Shown: in pieces, positions 35,800 to 48,770 of the stretch
Layout: every line of letters starts with the position of its first letter
Numbering within the stretch: position 1 is the first letter of the stretch
Source of the DNA: Camelus dromedarius
Lineage: Eukaryota
Direction of reading: 5' to 3'
Length of the DNA stretch: 64,000 nt
Assembly: GCF_036321535.1 (NCBI RefSeq)
Contig: NC_087436.1
Location: 15,252,001 to 15,316,000 of the forward strand
The notes under the pieces: model-generated
What the model saw: only the letters and a program-made list of their open reading frames with translations
The model's database searches: none
What the model was told of the DNA's origin: nothing
Made by a program: the position numbers and the translations under genes

Positions 35800-37010
35800 G
35801 TTTTGGAAGCTCAGCTTGCTGTTTTCAGAGGCCCTCCGTTGGCGCCCTCTTCTGTGCTGCTCCCAGCACCTGTCGGCAAGCCGATCGCGCCTCCTCCTAA
35901 CAGTGGGTCAGGTGCAGCTCTCTGCTGTGGGCGGGCGGGTGGGTCGCTGCCCCTCCGGATGCCACAGTCAGATGTTGCAGACTGGCCGGGTAGGAGGGCG
36001 GGTCGTGCCCCCTCCCAGCACCTCGGTCAGGGGCTGTGTTCCTGCCCGAAAGGCGGGGGGGGGGGGGGCTCTCCCTCTACCTGCGCTGCTGGTAGTTCCG
36101 CTCTGTGCGGCTGCGCGCTCCGCCCTGCTCGGCGCTCCGCAGGTGGGCTCGGGGAAGACCCAGGGACAGCCCTGTCCCTGCTCTGAGCCAAAACCCAGCT
36201 CCTTGTTTGTGTTTGTGGAGCAAGTTCTCTGAGGGACCAGAATGGAAGGATCCTATCTGCCCCGGGCTGCAGGCCAGTCTCAGTCTGGCCTTTGAGGCTG
36301 CTAAGCCCTTTGGTGTGGATGCAGGTTTCGCCCCGCCCCCGCCTGAGTGCTCAGCGAGGAGGATATGGCGGCTGTGCCTGAGCCCCACCTCTCTTCCCCA
36401 GAAAACCTTCCGCGGGTTTTCAGAGATGGGGGTGTGCACCCTTCCCCCGAGAGCACATCAACCTTGCTGTTTTATGGAGGGCCCAGGTTGTTATGCCCTG
36501 TGCACCCACAGCCACGGCGCGCAGCCCCTTGCGTTCCCCCGGGGCTGCCTCCGTGCAGCCACTTCCGTCCTCCGCCCGGCTTGTGCAGCCTGGCCCTGCC
36601 CGCGGCTGCCTGCCCGTGTCTCAGGCTGGGTGTCGGGGGGACGCTCTGTGCCCGTTTAACTTAGTTCTGTTAGTCAAGGGCTGCTCTGTACAGATCCGAG
36701 CCTCGGAGGCTCCCCCTCCGTCCAGCTGGCCTCTCAGTTGGAGAGGGGAGACCCATCGAGCGAGCGCCAGTCCTCCTTTGCCGCTCCCTCCCCGCGGGAC
36801 CCGTCCTGCGCTGCTTTGCCTTTTGTTCTTTCGTTTTTCCTTTTCTCCTACTAGATTTTTGGCGTCTTTATCTTTTGAAGAGGGCGATGTTCTGTCGGAG
36901 TTCCACAGGTGCTCTGGTTGGCTGAGTGGGTCTGTAGATGTGGGTCTTGGTGTATTTGTGGGAGAGGGTGACCTGCGAGCGTCCTTCTACTCCGCCATCT
37001 ACTCTGTCTC
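35800..37010 (-). promoter_or_regulatory. L1 internal promoter: CpG-rich 5' UTR with a YY1 site
   Basis: High GC/CpG density by eye. YY1 core CCGCCATCT at 36992-37000, ~10-19 nt inside the 5' end, as in other mammalian L1s. Confidence 0.8.
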
Positions 37011-37025
37011 CTGCTGTCAACTTTT
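37011..37025. repeat. Right target-site duplication of the full-length L1
   Basis: CTGCTGTCAACTTTT, identical to 29896-29910. Confidence 0.95.
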
Positions 37026-38329
37026 ATTACCTGAATTATTTGAATTTTGATTATCCAAGGAAAGTCCCACTCCTAAGTTGGTTTCCCCTCAATGTCTCTT
37101 CTAGAGTTGCTGCATCGCAGAGAATGTAAACCCTTTTCCCTGAGCGGAGCCAATACCCTGAGCCCAGCTCAGATGTGTGTACTTCCCGGCTTTGCTGGGA
37201 ACAGAGCACAGGAGAAATTGCTGAGACCAGAGTTTCACTCAGATTTTAGGGGCTCCCAAGCCCTCCGGGAACCTGACCTAGAGGTGGAAATTGTGGGACC
37301 AAAACAGAACTATAGACTTCTCGAATCATGCACTCCTGAGACAGACTAGAGGTCGCACACTTGGTGTTTCAGTCAATTTCAGAGCTTCTGCAGATGTTAT
37401 TGAAAGTGGCAGTGGTGGGTCAGGGTTCCGACTTCTTGCTGACACACCCAAGTGGAGAGTGATGTTTCCTGTGCTGGCCTCACACCCCAATTCACCACCT
37501 TTTGTTTTTCCCTGCTGACAACTCCTCTGGATGCTGCTTTTTTTTTTTCCCCCCTCACTCGCTAAGAGATTTCACAGCCACTCCCTGTTTCTGTAAAAAG
37601 CAGGTCCCATTCACATCGTAGACCCAGGCCCGCTTTCCCCCCTACACCGAACACCCCAGTGCTTCATCTGCCCTTGGTTTCTGCCCTAGACCCACCACTC
37701 TCCTGGGGTCGCCTTCCTTAATTTCCATTTCTACCCCAACTCTAGCATCTGATGTTATTTTCAGGGACATTTTTCACCAAGTTGTTGGGCCTGCGTTCTG
37801 TCTCTCTCAGTTTGTAAGAGTGACGAACGTCACAGGAATGACAGGGAACCACGGAGCCCCTGATAGGCAGATGCCAGGCCCTCCTCCCAGGCGGCAGGTG
37901 GTGCTGGTCCTGCAGGCGCCTCCCTCGGCAAAACGACTCCACAGGACGTGTGGGAGGGCTCCTGTCCCCTGGGAGCCCTGTACTGTGGGGGTGGGGGCGG
38001 CCCCACCATCCTCCTTCCTGGTCTGGGAACAGCTATGTGGCAAGCCACAGCGGAGAGTGCCACGTGGTCTAGGTGTACCCTGGCAACGGCAGAACCCATG
38101 CTTGCCGTTTTCTCCTTGTTTCTAAGCTAATTGCTGAGGGCCTTTGCGACATTTTTTAACATGTTAGGAACCTTTGAACAGCTGGCAGCTATCAGGTAAA
38201 ATAATGGAAGTGGTGGGAAGGTGCATTCTTTGGATGAGCTGGTTGCTTTACGTCGTGCCCGGCCCAGTGGGAGCTCAGTGTCAGGCCCCAGGAGGGAATG
38301 GGACCTTTCTTCATCAGAGGCAGCACAAC

Positions 38330-38525
38330 ACGGAGCCTAAGAGCACAGGCCACAGAGATCTGAGCCCCAACTCTACTGCTCTGTTGCTGTGCGACCTCAA
38401 GCAAGTTAGTGCTCAGTGTGTCCTCATCCGTGAAAGAGGATTCCACTGGTACCTTGGCTGATAGTTGGTGTTGGGATTAAAGGAGTTAATGTAGAGAATG
38501 CACTTAGGACAGTGCTGGCACCCGT
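38330..38525 (+). mobile_element. MIR SINE
   Basis: 'gctgtgcgacctcaagcaagtta...tcagtgtgtcctcatccgtgaaa...gggattaaaggagttaatg...gcacttaggacagtgctggcac'. Confidence 0.7.
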
Positions 38526-41500
38526 TACTGTTGCTGGTAAGGCCATTATGAACGTTACCCACAGCAGCCACAGCCATGTGCAGCCCCCCGCAGGGCTGGC
38601 TGCTCATCTTCAGGTAGCAGGTATTCAGGCAATAAATCCGGGGTCCCCGTAGCCGCCGGGTCACCCACGGCCACACAACCAGCTGTTCCGCAACGTGTGC
38701 TCCGTGGCCTTTTTCTTCCCTGACTCTACCACCAGGCAGCTGTGTCTGTCCAGTTCCGTTCTACTTCTAAATATAGTCCAGCTGCATTCTGCCCTATCAT
38801 CAGGTTCCCAGGGCATGTGGCTTAGAACAGGAATGGCAGTTGAGAAGTCAGCCTTCATCCCATTCCAACAGGACAGCCTTCCAGCATTTGTCATCTCTGA
38901 AGGTAGAATGAACAAGGCAGCTTCGGGGCACCTGGCTTGCAGGCCCTATGCAGGGGGAATCGGATTCTTCCCAGAGCCTCAGGGAAGGCAGGTGACCCCT
39001 CTGCCTTGTCTCACCCCAGCGACGACACAGTGATCAGCCGACAGACCCACTGGCAGCAGAAGTTTCCTGTCAACGTCTGAGAGGCTGGCCTGGCATTGGC
39101 TCTGGGTGTAATCGAATGCTTTGGGAAATCTGATTAAAATGTGAAAAGGATGCTCTACGGTCTCAGAGCTGTGAAGAGTGTCTGGTATTATAGAGAAGAC
39201 AGGCCGGTGTCCGTGCTGCTTTGGCTCGCTCTGAGGGAACAGCCAGAGCTGCAGCTGAGCAGGAGACTTGGCCGCTGTAGCTGAAGTCTCAGCTCTATCT
39301 GATGTGTGGAAGATTAGTGCTGGCTGGTTGCCTCTGAGAAGGGTCCCCTAACGCAGTGGCCTTTCTGCATTGCCCGTAATACAGTTTTCACATAGGGGAA
39401 TGACTGGTCCACAGTGTCCTGAGAAAACTCGATAGCTACCCTGCCTTGTCCACCAGGGACTTCAGAGATTTGTGCCAAGCTTATTAGCATTCACCAATCT
39501 CAGAAAAATGAAGAAGGCCTTACGTAGAATGCTGTGTGTTTTTTTTTCCTGAGAAGCGGGCTTCAGATCTAAAGAGCCAGAGCGGGCAGCCCACACGTGA
39601 CGTTCCATCGATCCGTCATCTCTGGGTGGCAGCAGCTCAGCCTCCCCCAGCCCCGCCCGCCCGCCGCACGTTGTGTACTGAAACCATGGAGCCCCCAGTG
39701 AAGTACAGCGCCAGCCCGGAGAGGCTTCATCACAGCACTGACACGAGAAGACAAACCGAAGTCTGACTGGCCGTGTTATCCATCCAATACAAAAACCACC
39801 CAAGGGTAGAGGAATAGATATTCATCACGTCTCAGCAACTCAGCCAGGCCTGGGAGTTCAAGTGCGGTATTTCTAGGTGGATTTAGAAAGCCTTTCCTTG
39901 GCCAGGCGGAGTCCTCCCCCTGACAGCTCTCTTCACCAGCGGGCCAGCCGGCTGGATTAAAGCAAAGGGAACTCTGCTTGTCTGATTTGGGCCGGATCGC
40001 GGTTTTTCCTACCTCCCAGTGGTTTGTGTGCCATTGTGGAAGTCTGAGTGCTTTTCCCTAAGTTAAGCAGAACTTTGTCTTTGTGCCGCCTGTATTTGCC
40101 TTTATCTGTAGACAAGCTTTGGCTGCTGCGGTGGCCTTTGCCCTGGTTTAGCATGAACAGAATGATGGCATCGGCTTGAAAAGAGGTTCAGGAGATGACG
40201 AGACCATTCAGCAGGCTTGTCCTTGGAGGCTGCATCTGTTATTGAGGGCACGTAGGTTTTTTTTTTAATTATGGACTGTCTCCTTCAGCAGCTGCGTGCC
40301 TGTGTGGGTGTTACAGCCTCTGCAGTAGCGCAGCTTTGACAGCACTTTTGTCAGTAGGTCTTCTTCCCCATATTGTATCTTTCCTGAAAGATCTCTTGGT
40401 TAATGAAGGGTCTCTGGAAGCGGCGAGGGTGAGAGCCTTACCTGCAGTAAAAAGTGAAAAAGGAATATTTCAAGGAAAGTCGGCTTGATTTGAATGTCAG
40501 CAGGTAGGGCAAATCTGCTGCTTAGAACGTGGTCCCTCTGCATTTGGAAACTCCAGCCTCCCCTACCTGCTGGAACATGTTTTTATTTTCCTTATTGAGT
40601 AACAGAGGGTGGACTTAGCTGAATTTCTCGGTTCTGCCAAATCCATGAGAGCTGGTGGTTAGCCACTGTGTGTAAATTGATGGGTGCCATGGGTTTCCTC
40701 TTAAGCAGATTTGTGGCAATTCTCATATTTAAGGGTGAACATATGATAAAGGGTGAGCGTTCCTGTGTGATTTTTTTTTTTAAAGTCCACGTAGTGATGG
40801 GAGAGTCCATCCACCCAGACTAACCAGGCAGGTGCAGCGACGCAGCACTGACGAAGCTCTAGTCACAGAACGGGGCCTGCGGCCCCTGACTCTCAAAGCC
40901 GGCGGTCCAGAGGGCAGGAACAGTAGAGGCGTCTTCAGACACCTCTCCTTGGTGAGCCAACCCAGCTGATTGTTTTCACAGAGCAAGATGAGGCTCAGGG
41001 TCAGCTCAGCGGCCTGGCAGCTCCCTCCTCCGGTTAGTGGTCTCAATAGATCACCTGTCTATGTTCTTCCTCGTTTTGGAAACATGTGAAAACCACTTCT
41101 GTCACCTCTGGGGCTGATGTGAAGATGGATACAGTTATGATCCACTTTTGGTTTTGCAGAAGTAATATGTTCTGTTTGTTGCTTCTTGATTTGCTCCTTT
41201 CCTGCCTTCTTATTCTAGCGATCGCCAGGACCTGCAGCAGAAGAGAGGCCGGGCAGTAAACTCGGCCGGGCGTGCAGCTCGGGAAGAACGGTTTTAGGGG
41301 ACGCAGGGCTGACACTGAGCTTGGGGGGTGGCGAGTTCCACTGTCCTCGGGCCCACAAAGTCCAGGCTCTGCAGCATGTTCATTCCTCTGACAAAATGCT
41401 CTGTAAATGTACGGTGACAGCGTAGAAGTAGGATTCTTGCTGTTTACTGAAAGTGATCGGAATTTTCTGGTGACAGCTCTGTGTTTGGGGAAGTACCAGT

Positions 41501-41602
41501 CGACATCTCAGAGGAGGCAGAGGGTGACAGTTTCATATTTGCCTTCAAAATGCTGATCTTTCAGTTTTTAGAGGTTTTATATAATTTTTTTTTCCTTTAC
41601 AG

Positions 41603-41736
41603 AATGAAGTTGGCCTACTGGAGTTCTTCCAAAATGTGATGAAAGAAACTAGGGCAGAGCCAAAAAAAGTGGCTAGTTGGGTCCTCAACACTTTTCTGGG
41701 TTTTTTAAAGCAGCAGAACCTTGCTGTTAGTGAGAG
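41603..41736 (+). CDS. GATB: GATB exon 10 ([45 protein letters not shown])
   Basis: ttcctttacag|AAT ... GAG AG|gtgagt; 134 nt, phase 0/2; translated by hand. Confidence 0.96.
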
Positions 41737-41999
41737 GTGAGTGGGGACGGCGTGGGTGGGACGGTGGGTCTGGGGGCTGGTCTCCCTTTGTGATGAACTC
41801 TGTCCAGAAGCACTTGAGATAGCACAGGGCCTCTGTCCTCAGGATCCCCTGACAAGATACAGATGTCCCCTGTGAATCCCAAATCCTAAAGCTGTCCGCC
41901 ATCACATCTGAAAGGTCATTTATTCAAACCTCCGACTCTCCATGCTGTCCTTTATTCCATGCTGGGCTGAGGGCCTGAAGGTGTATAAGGCAGGGAGTT

Positions 42000-43320
42000 G
42001 ACAAGTGGGTGCGGGATACAAACCCGGGAGAAGCAGAAGGGTGCCTCAGGCGTTCGGCTGGCGCTGTTGGGCCGCAGGTGCGCACAGGCTGCTGCGAATG
42101 CGCAGAAAGGGGAGCTGCACCAAGGCGGGGGGTCAGCCAGGCACTCCCTGAGAAGGGAGAGCGAGGTTCCTCAGAGGCCGAGCCCTGAGGGACTAGTGGG
42201 AGTTGCCAAGGGCTGGGAGAGGCAGGGCATCCAGAGCAGGGGCACGATCGTCAGTCGTGGACCATGACGCTCGGAGACCAGCAGGCGTGGGAGGCTCAGA
42301 AGACCCAGAAGCTCCGGGGGCCTCAGGAGGGACGGAGGGAACTTCAGAGATGGGAGAGGGCCACCCGGTGGCTTCACCTGCCTTTGTTAGCAGCCCTCAA
42401 AAGCCTAAGAGCACAGCTCACTCGAGTTTCCCTCTAGGGGGTGGGATGGAATATGGACCAGAGGTGGGAAGCCTGGTTGGGCCCCTCTTACAGGAGCGCC
42501 CATGAGAAACGCCCTGTGCCCGAGTGTGGTGGCATCACTGAGTGAGGTGACCAAGGTGAGGGCAGTGATTTCACACCTGCATGACTCCAGGTCCCAGGAA
42601 CGGGCTGTGGAGCAAGATGGGGGCAGCGCCTTTCAGCGTGGCCGGGGGTGAGGGAAGGGGGACAGGGTGTGGAGGACGCTGTGTTCCTTTTGGACACCCT
42701 GGGTTTGAGCTGCCTGTGGGACAGATGTCCCCCTAGTGGGGTGACCCATGGCAGCTGATGAGAGACATCTGTCTCGGAGGTGTAAATCCAAGAGTGGGTT
42801 AGTTTAGACTCTGCCCCGTGCCAAGTTCTGTGCCGAATATGGGGAAACCAGTCCCAAAGACAGATGTGGTCCCTGCTCTTGGAGCTGCCAGTCTAGAGGC
42901 TAGTGACCATGAAGCAGTGAGCCGAGTTCCCTGAGAAGGGGCGGGAGCAGCTGAGCTGTGCCCTGTGTGAAGGGTGAGTGGGGCCAGGCGGGCCGCGGGG
43001 GTCCGAGCGCTCCAGGCACAGGGACCAGCGCACGTCAGAGTCTTGGGGGTGAAGGCAGCGCACAGCCCATGTATGTGGATCATGGACTCGGCGGCAAGTA
43101 GATGGTACGAGAAGCCATGGGAGCAGATGAGAGCAGTCGGGGAGGAAACAGTGCGACCGGCAGCTGCGGAAGGGGCCTGAGACCCCCCTGGACTTTAACC
43201 ACCGAATGTAGGCAGAGGAGGGGGAGAACCAGGAGTGTGGGGGTCACAGAAGCCAGAGAAAAGGGAAGTGTCGAGAAGGACAGAATGAGCCGCAGATTCT
43301 AGTGTGTGGGGGACACAGTG
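42000..43320 (-). mobile_element. Decayed L2-like sequence
   Basis: Purine-rich, with L2-like words ('gtgttccttttggacacc...gtttgagctgcctgtgggaca'); boundaries uncertain. Confidence 0.4.
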
Positions 43321-46300
43321 GATGGTCCCAGCGGGAGGCAGAGTGGTTTGAGCTTTTGCAGGAGAGGCCAATCTTAGCTTTAAATAAGTTTTTCCACTTT
43401 GTCGGCTGTGATGTCACTTGAGTCACTGAATCTCAGTCTCGGCGGAGACCTGAGATGCCTTCTGGTTGGGCTCTGGCCTTTAGCAGAGGAGAAGATCCAG
43501 GCCCTGGGGGTGAGGTGCCCACCTGCTCAGGCTGGAAGCCAGTCCCCTGACTTTCAGGTCAGTTTCTTCCTATGTTGATCTGTGAAGTTAGGGGTTTGCT
43601 TAACAACCATTTGGGGAGCTTCTAGAGGAGCTGGGGTTGAACTTGGAGTTGAATTCGAGCCCCCGATATTTATCCAAACAGTTCATAAGCACTAGAGTTT
43701 TAAGAACCCAAGGGCACCAACCGCTCAATAAAAGTGTACTTGGTTGTTCCAAGTCAAGTAAGGAGGAGGCTGAGCAACGGTTCTTACAGTTTTTGTGGAG
43801 CAGGAACTGAGGGGCCAGAACCAAGCTGTGGCAGATCCCCCAGCTCCACAGCTCAGAGCAGCGCTGGCTGGGCTGCGTGTGTCCACCAGCCTCACCGGGG
43901 AGGGCACGTAGCCAGCGAGCGACCTCGGCGCCGGGGCTCACGTTTCCAAAGCGGAGAACAGCAGTAGCCACGAAGCTAGCAGTGTTCCCGTGATGACACC
44001 AGGCTGGGAGCCCTCCAGAGATCACATCGGCAGGAACTGATTTTGCAAATGAGCATTCATCTTTGGAAACTGCCTGAAAGAGATGTTTAAAGAGTCCAAC
44101 CCGGAAAGCTCTAGTTGAACTTGGCACTTGGATTGTTTCGAGTGTATTGCTTTGGAAGTTGGCCTTTGATTAGTAACTCATAAATAACTATTCGTAACAG
44201 GTTTGATTTACTTAAGAAAGTGGAAATAACAGATTTCCCGAGCAGGCATTTCCTGGTAAGATCAGGCAAGTGCAGCTGTCCAGTTGTGCACTCCAGCTGT
44301 TTACCCAGACTTGCAGGGCAGCCTTGGCAACTGAGGCGCTAGGAAACCAGGGGAAGCTTTTCAGCCGAGAAGGCACTGGTGCTGACAGGAGGGTCAGTCC
44401 AGCGTGTGACGGGCGGGGCAGCATCCAAGATGGGGCGCAGGAGGCCGGAGCCTGTTAGAGGTCCCTGCCGCAAGCCTCTTTGTATCCAGCCTGTGAGCTG
44501 AGGATGGTTATTACCTCTCATATGAGTCAAAACAAAGACCATGTGACTGAGACCAGGTGAGTCCCACAGAGCCTTACGTACTTACTCTTGGGCACCTTCC
44601 AGAAGTTTGCCGACCCCAGGCTTAGAGCCTGTTGGGGCCGGGCCCTCTGCGGGGCAGCTGACCGGTGGGCGGGGGGGCCCGGGCCCTGAGGGCAGCGGCA
44701 GCCTGGGGACAGGGGTGCTTTCCTTCTCTGTCAGACTGAGGCGGAGCCCCGGGCCCCTCCTCGTGAGCAGGAGGACACGGAAGAGGGCAGTCAGGGAGGA
44801 GGAAGGGAACCCGAGGCCCAGGAGGAGGGATTTTCACAGACGTTTATGGTCTGCCCAGGAGTCAGGGTGCGGCAGGCTGGGGACGCTGTGACATTTGGCC
44901 ATAAGTGAGGGGAGGCGAGTTTTTAAGAGCACAGCTTCCTTGGAGGGATAGAGTTGGAGTCGAAGCGACGTGTGCTTGCGAAGGCAGATGGCAGCCACTG
45001 ATGCTCTCTATAGGTAAAGAATAGATAAGAAACCAGGCAGAAGCAAGTGACCGCAAGCTCACTGGAAGGCATTTTCAAGAGAGGGAAGCCTGGAGCGTTT
45101 GTGAAGGTGTGGGATTAAAGCCGCAGGAGAGAGGAAATGGGTACCCGAGTAGCAGAGAGGAGAGAGGAAGGTGGGGTGGAAAGTGATGAGGTCTGGCGCA
45201 TGGGCGGAGGGGTTGTGTGAGGGAGGAGGAGGGCACCCTGGAAAATTCTGAGCCTTGTCTCACTGGTGTCCTGGTGATGTGGGAGGTGAGGATCTGCTGA
45301 GAAGGGGGCGGGGGGTGGGAAGGAGACTAAGACCGTTGCTTGGGTGGGGGCACCAGGTAGGGGCGTCAGGAAACTAGTGAGTTGACCAGAAGGATTACTG
45401 AGCAGCATGAGCTACCTGGATGTCCACGCCTGTCTTCCTCCGCCAGCGTCTCGTGTCCCGTGGACTTTGGGCCTCAGGTGAGCCTGGGGACTGAGACGGG
45501 CCATGTGTTTCATGGGTACCAGCGTGGCTGTCGAAGTGTCAGGTGTCTGCTCCCAGAACCCAAGCTGGAGATGGAGCTGTGATCCTAAAAGGGCTCTGAA
45601 GGACTGGGGGAAGCCGGAAGGCCTGACAGACCCCACGTCCCCGCATCTGTGGATGCACCGGGCTCGGGATTGGAGACCAGCACACGGAGCCCACGGCTTC
45701 CATGTCAGGTTCTTCTGTGGTGGAGACACTCACGGTCCAGAAACCAGTACGACCTGACAGCAGCACATGCGTAGCTTGGGCCTCTCTCACATTATGTTCC
45801 ACACCACGTGGTTTATTTATTTAACTATGAGGGGGCCTCTCCGGATCAGGGTGACAGGTCCTGATCTTTGTCACTGTCTTACTCGAGGTTGGCCCTGGCA
45901 CGGCTGGAATGAGTCTGTGCAGGAGACCAGCCGTCCTTGTTGGGTCGGAGGAGAGAAGTCCCGAGGGGCGGGGGAGAAGTCCATGACACAGATACTGTTG
46001 CCCTACTGTGTGTCACGCACGGTGGCTACAAAAGAGTGATTGAGATATCCCACAAGCTGCGAGGTTGGTGGAGATACTTTATAGTGAATTAAGGTCGCCG
46101 GATGAAAAGCCAAGTATTTTTAGCTGCGCTGTATTCTATTTCTGTCCCCACAGCCCTTTATCATCGTTCATACGGGAGCAAGGACCCTTCCTTTCGCAGG
46201 CTCAAGAAATCTAGTTCAACGCAGTGCTTAGTACAGGTTCTGCCCACGGTCTGCGCTCTCATTGGCCTTTGTGTTGACTAGGATTGTAGAACATCCAAGA

Positions 46301-47673
46301 AACCCGAATTTTTAAAACAACCTGGATTCTTTATTACTTGTCGGTAAGGGCGGGAGGTTGGAGAAGGGTTCCCGTTTATTCCCTAGCCCTCTGGCCTCGT
46401 CCTGATGAGAGTTAATTAATCAGGGTGGCTCACAGCCGTTCCAAATACCAACTTAGTGCCGCCAGGCACTCTCCAAAGCCGGTTTCCTCCGGGAATTACC
46501 TTTTATCCACACTTGGGGATGAACAGACACTTGAAGGACGATGGGCCCGCAGTCCCACGTGAGCAGCCCCGTGAGGCTTCACTGGACCTGAGTCAGAGTC
46601 CGGTCGGTCCGACCTGGTGAGCTTGCACGTGGTTGGTTTGGAATTCCGAGAAATGGGCATAAGGGGCGAAGCGGTCATTTCTTTTTTATTGTCTGAGAGC
46701 TTACAAAGAAGTGTGAATAGTGAATGATGGAAGTGAGACTTAAAGGGGTTTTCAAGTGGCATTAGGAGCATCTCCGAAGATTTCGTTTCCACAGAGCCTT
46801 CTATGCTATGAGTCGTTGGCAGTCTGTTTGAAGCTCACCCCCTCGTGACCTCAGATAGACAGCGTTTCATTAGCCTATTGCTGTATGTGTTTAAAAGTAT
46901 CAAAACCATCTATTTTACAAGAAATAGTCTGTAATTCAGGCTTGTGTTCTCACTAATCCTCAACATTCACCCCAGCTCTTGCCCTGAGTGTGACCTGATG
47001 ACACTTTATGTGTTTGGTTGCCCTTCGGCCTTGTATATCATGAGATCTTGGCAAGTAAGTCGCTTCCTAGATGTGTAGATATAATGGAGTCTGGGCCCTT
47101 CTGAGTCCGGAAAGCTGCCGAGAGGCTGCAGGACAGGACTGAGTGTGGCCGCCCGTGAGGCCGGTAACCACGTGGCTGGTACTCATTGCGTCCCTACAAG
47201 AAAAGCTCTTCCAATTAAAAAATTTATATTTGCCAGAAAACACTCAGAAAAGTGTCTTTGTTAGCTGTTTTGTTTGAAGTAATTTTTAGGCTGATCTTTT
47301 AGTTGACAATATTTAATTACTGGGTTTTTTCTTTTCTTTTCTTTTCTTATCGTGGTTCATGAATTTTGCAGCCACCTCCTTTTTTTTGACTAATTAAACT
47401 GAGCAGTTGTCTGTTGCTACAACTTCTGCCAAACAGCGGTTATTGTCGGTGGTGAAATAAAGAAAAACAACACTAGTCACAGAAATGTGTTATATCCTAG
47501 AATACCAGATATATAAATAAAATAGAGCCCAGTTGGCCTTTCTTTTCATTCCTGGGCGGGGGTTTAATTATTCAAACCTACAAAGTCAAGTGCTTTGCTT
47601 TTGAGTGACCCTAAATGTGGAGGCCGACAGAGTGAAATGGAAATGTTCCTTCTCTCCTTTTGGGGGCTGCCAG

Positions 47674-47752
47674 TCCTGTCACCCCTTCTGCCCTGGCGGA
47701 GCTGCTCAACCTGGTGGAGAGGAAGGCCATCTCTTCATCCGCAGCTAAGCAG
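47674..47752 (+). CDS. GATB: GATB exon 11 ([26 protein letters not shown])
   Basis: gctgccag|T CCT ... AAG CAG|gtatgt; 79 nt; ISxxxAK motif of the GatB helical domain. Confidence 0.95.
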
Positions 47753-48732
47753 GTATGTGCGTCCGCTGCCAGAAGCGTCTGGCACAGGTAATTTGCTTCT
47801 CATCTGCGCTAACCAGAGGGAGGAGTTATTGTTTGGCTTTGCCTGGAATGTTTCCCAAACATTTATGTGAAAGGTGGGGCCCTGCAGCTCCTGGGAGCTT
47901 CAGACTGTGCACGCTCCCCCCGTGCCCTGTCCCCAGCCCTCATCCTCCCTCTCCCATCCAGGGGCACATTCATCTTGGCATGTGGTCGCCCCTGAAAGTC
48001 AGTCTTCCAGCCAGGAGGGTGAGGTCAGCCTGCCTCGCACCTAGATAAAAATTTACATGCATGCCCAGTGTGTGAAAACTCAGAAAAGAAGCATCATCAT
48101 CAAAGGCGGCCTCCCGCCTCATCTCCACCTCCACCTGACAGTCTCCGGTGGGCGCAGGATGCCCAGGATTCAGAAGACCCTGACAAGTAAGCACCCAGAA
48201 GGATGAGGAACACCAAGGTGGCTGCCTGATCTCAACTTCTGATGTCGCAGCTGTCAATGCTTCAGCCAGAAACTTAATGTTATTTTAATGGTGCCTTTTG
48301 CATTTAATATTTATACACGTCGACAGCAGTGGCAGGTTACAAAGCGAGGCTTTGGAAAAGTGGCTGCTTTGGGCTAATTACAAGGCACCGTGGAGCAGCC
48401 ACCCAGCTCTGTGCTGGGAAACTGGAGCCGGGAACTAATAAAGGCTTTGTTTACCCACCACCAAGTGAGGCTGGGAAGTGCGGGCCTGCACTGCACTTAG
48501 GAGAGGGTTTTAGCTGCCTGGGTGTCAGGGGAATACAAATGTTTATGACAGTGCTCAGCAGTAGCAGAAAGATTAGATGGCCTGAGGGCAGAAGGGGACT
48601 ATATATACACGCATAAGAGCAGACAGACTGTAGCATTTGAAACCAAAAAGGGAAAAACCTTCCCCCTCCCACACATCTGCCCCACCAAGGAGAACCTAGC
48701 GCAGCGAGTCTGACGGGTTCCGTGGGAAGAGA

Positions 48733-48770
48733 CGGGAGATGCCGACAGCCGGGAGATGCCGACAGCCGGG
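48733..48770. repeat. 17-bp tandem duplication (CGGGAGATGCCGACAGC x2.2)
   Basis: Direct reading. Confidence 0.9.

Larger units (their letters stand above)
29911..37010 (-). mobile_element. Full-length, young LINE-1 (7.1 kb) antisense in GATB intron 9
   Basis: 5' UTR 37010-35339 starting GAGACAGAGTAGATGGCGG; ORF1; 405-bp spacer; ORF2; 3' UTR with a G-rich tract; short poly(A); perfect 15-bp TSD; TTTT/A endonuclease-type target. Confidence 0.98.

Noticed and set aside
39594..39603. Overlapping E-box/CRE-like CACGTGACGT in a CpG-rich patch
   Set aside because: Single short motif; no conservation or chromatin evidence available.
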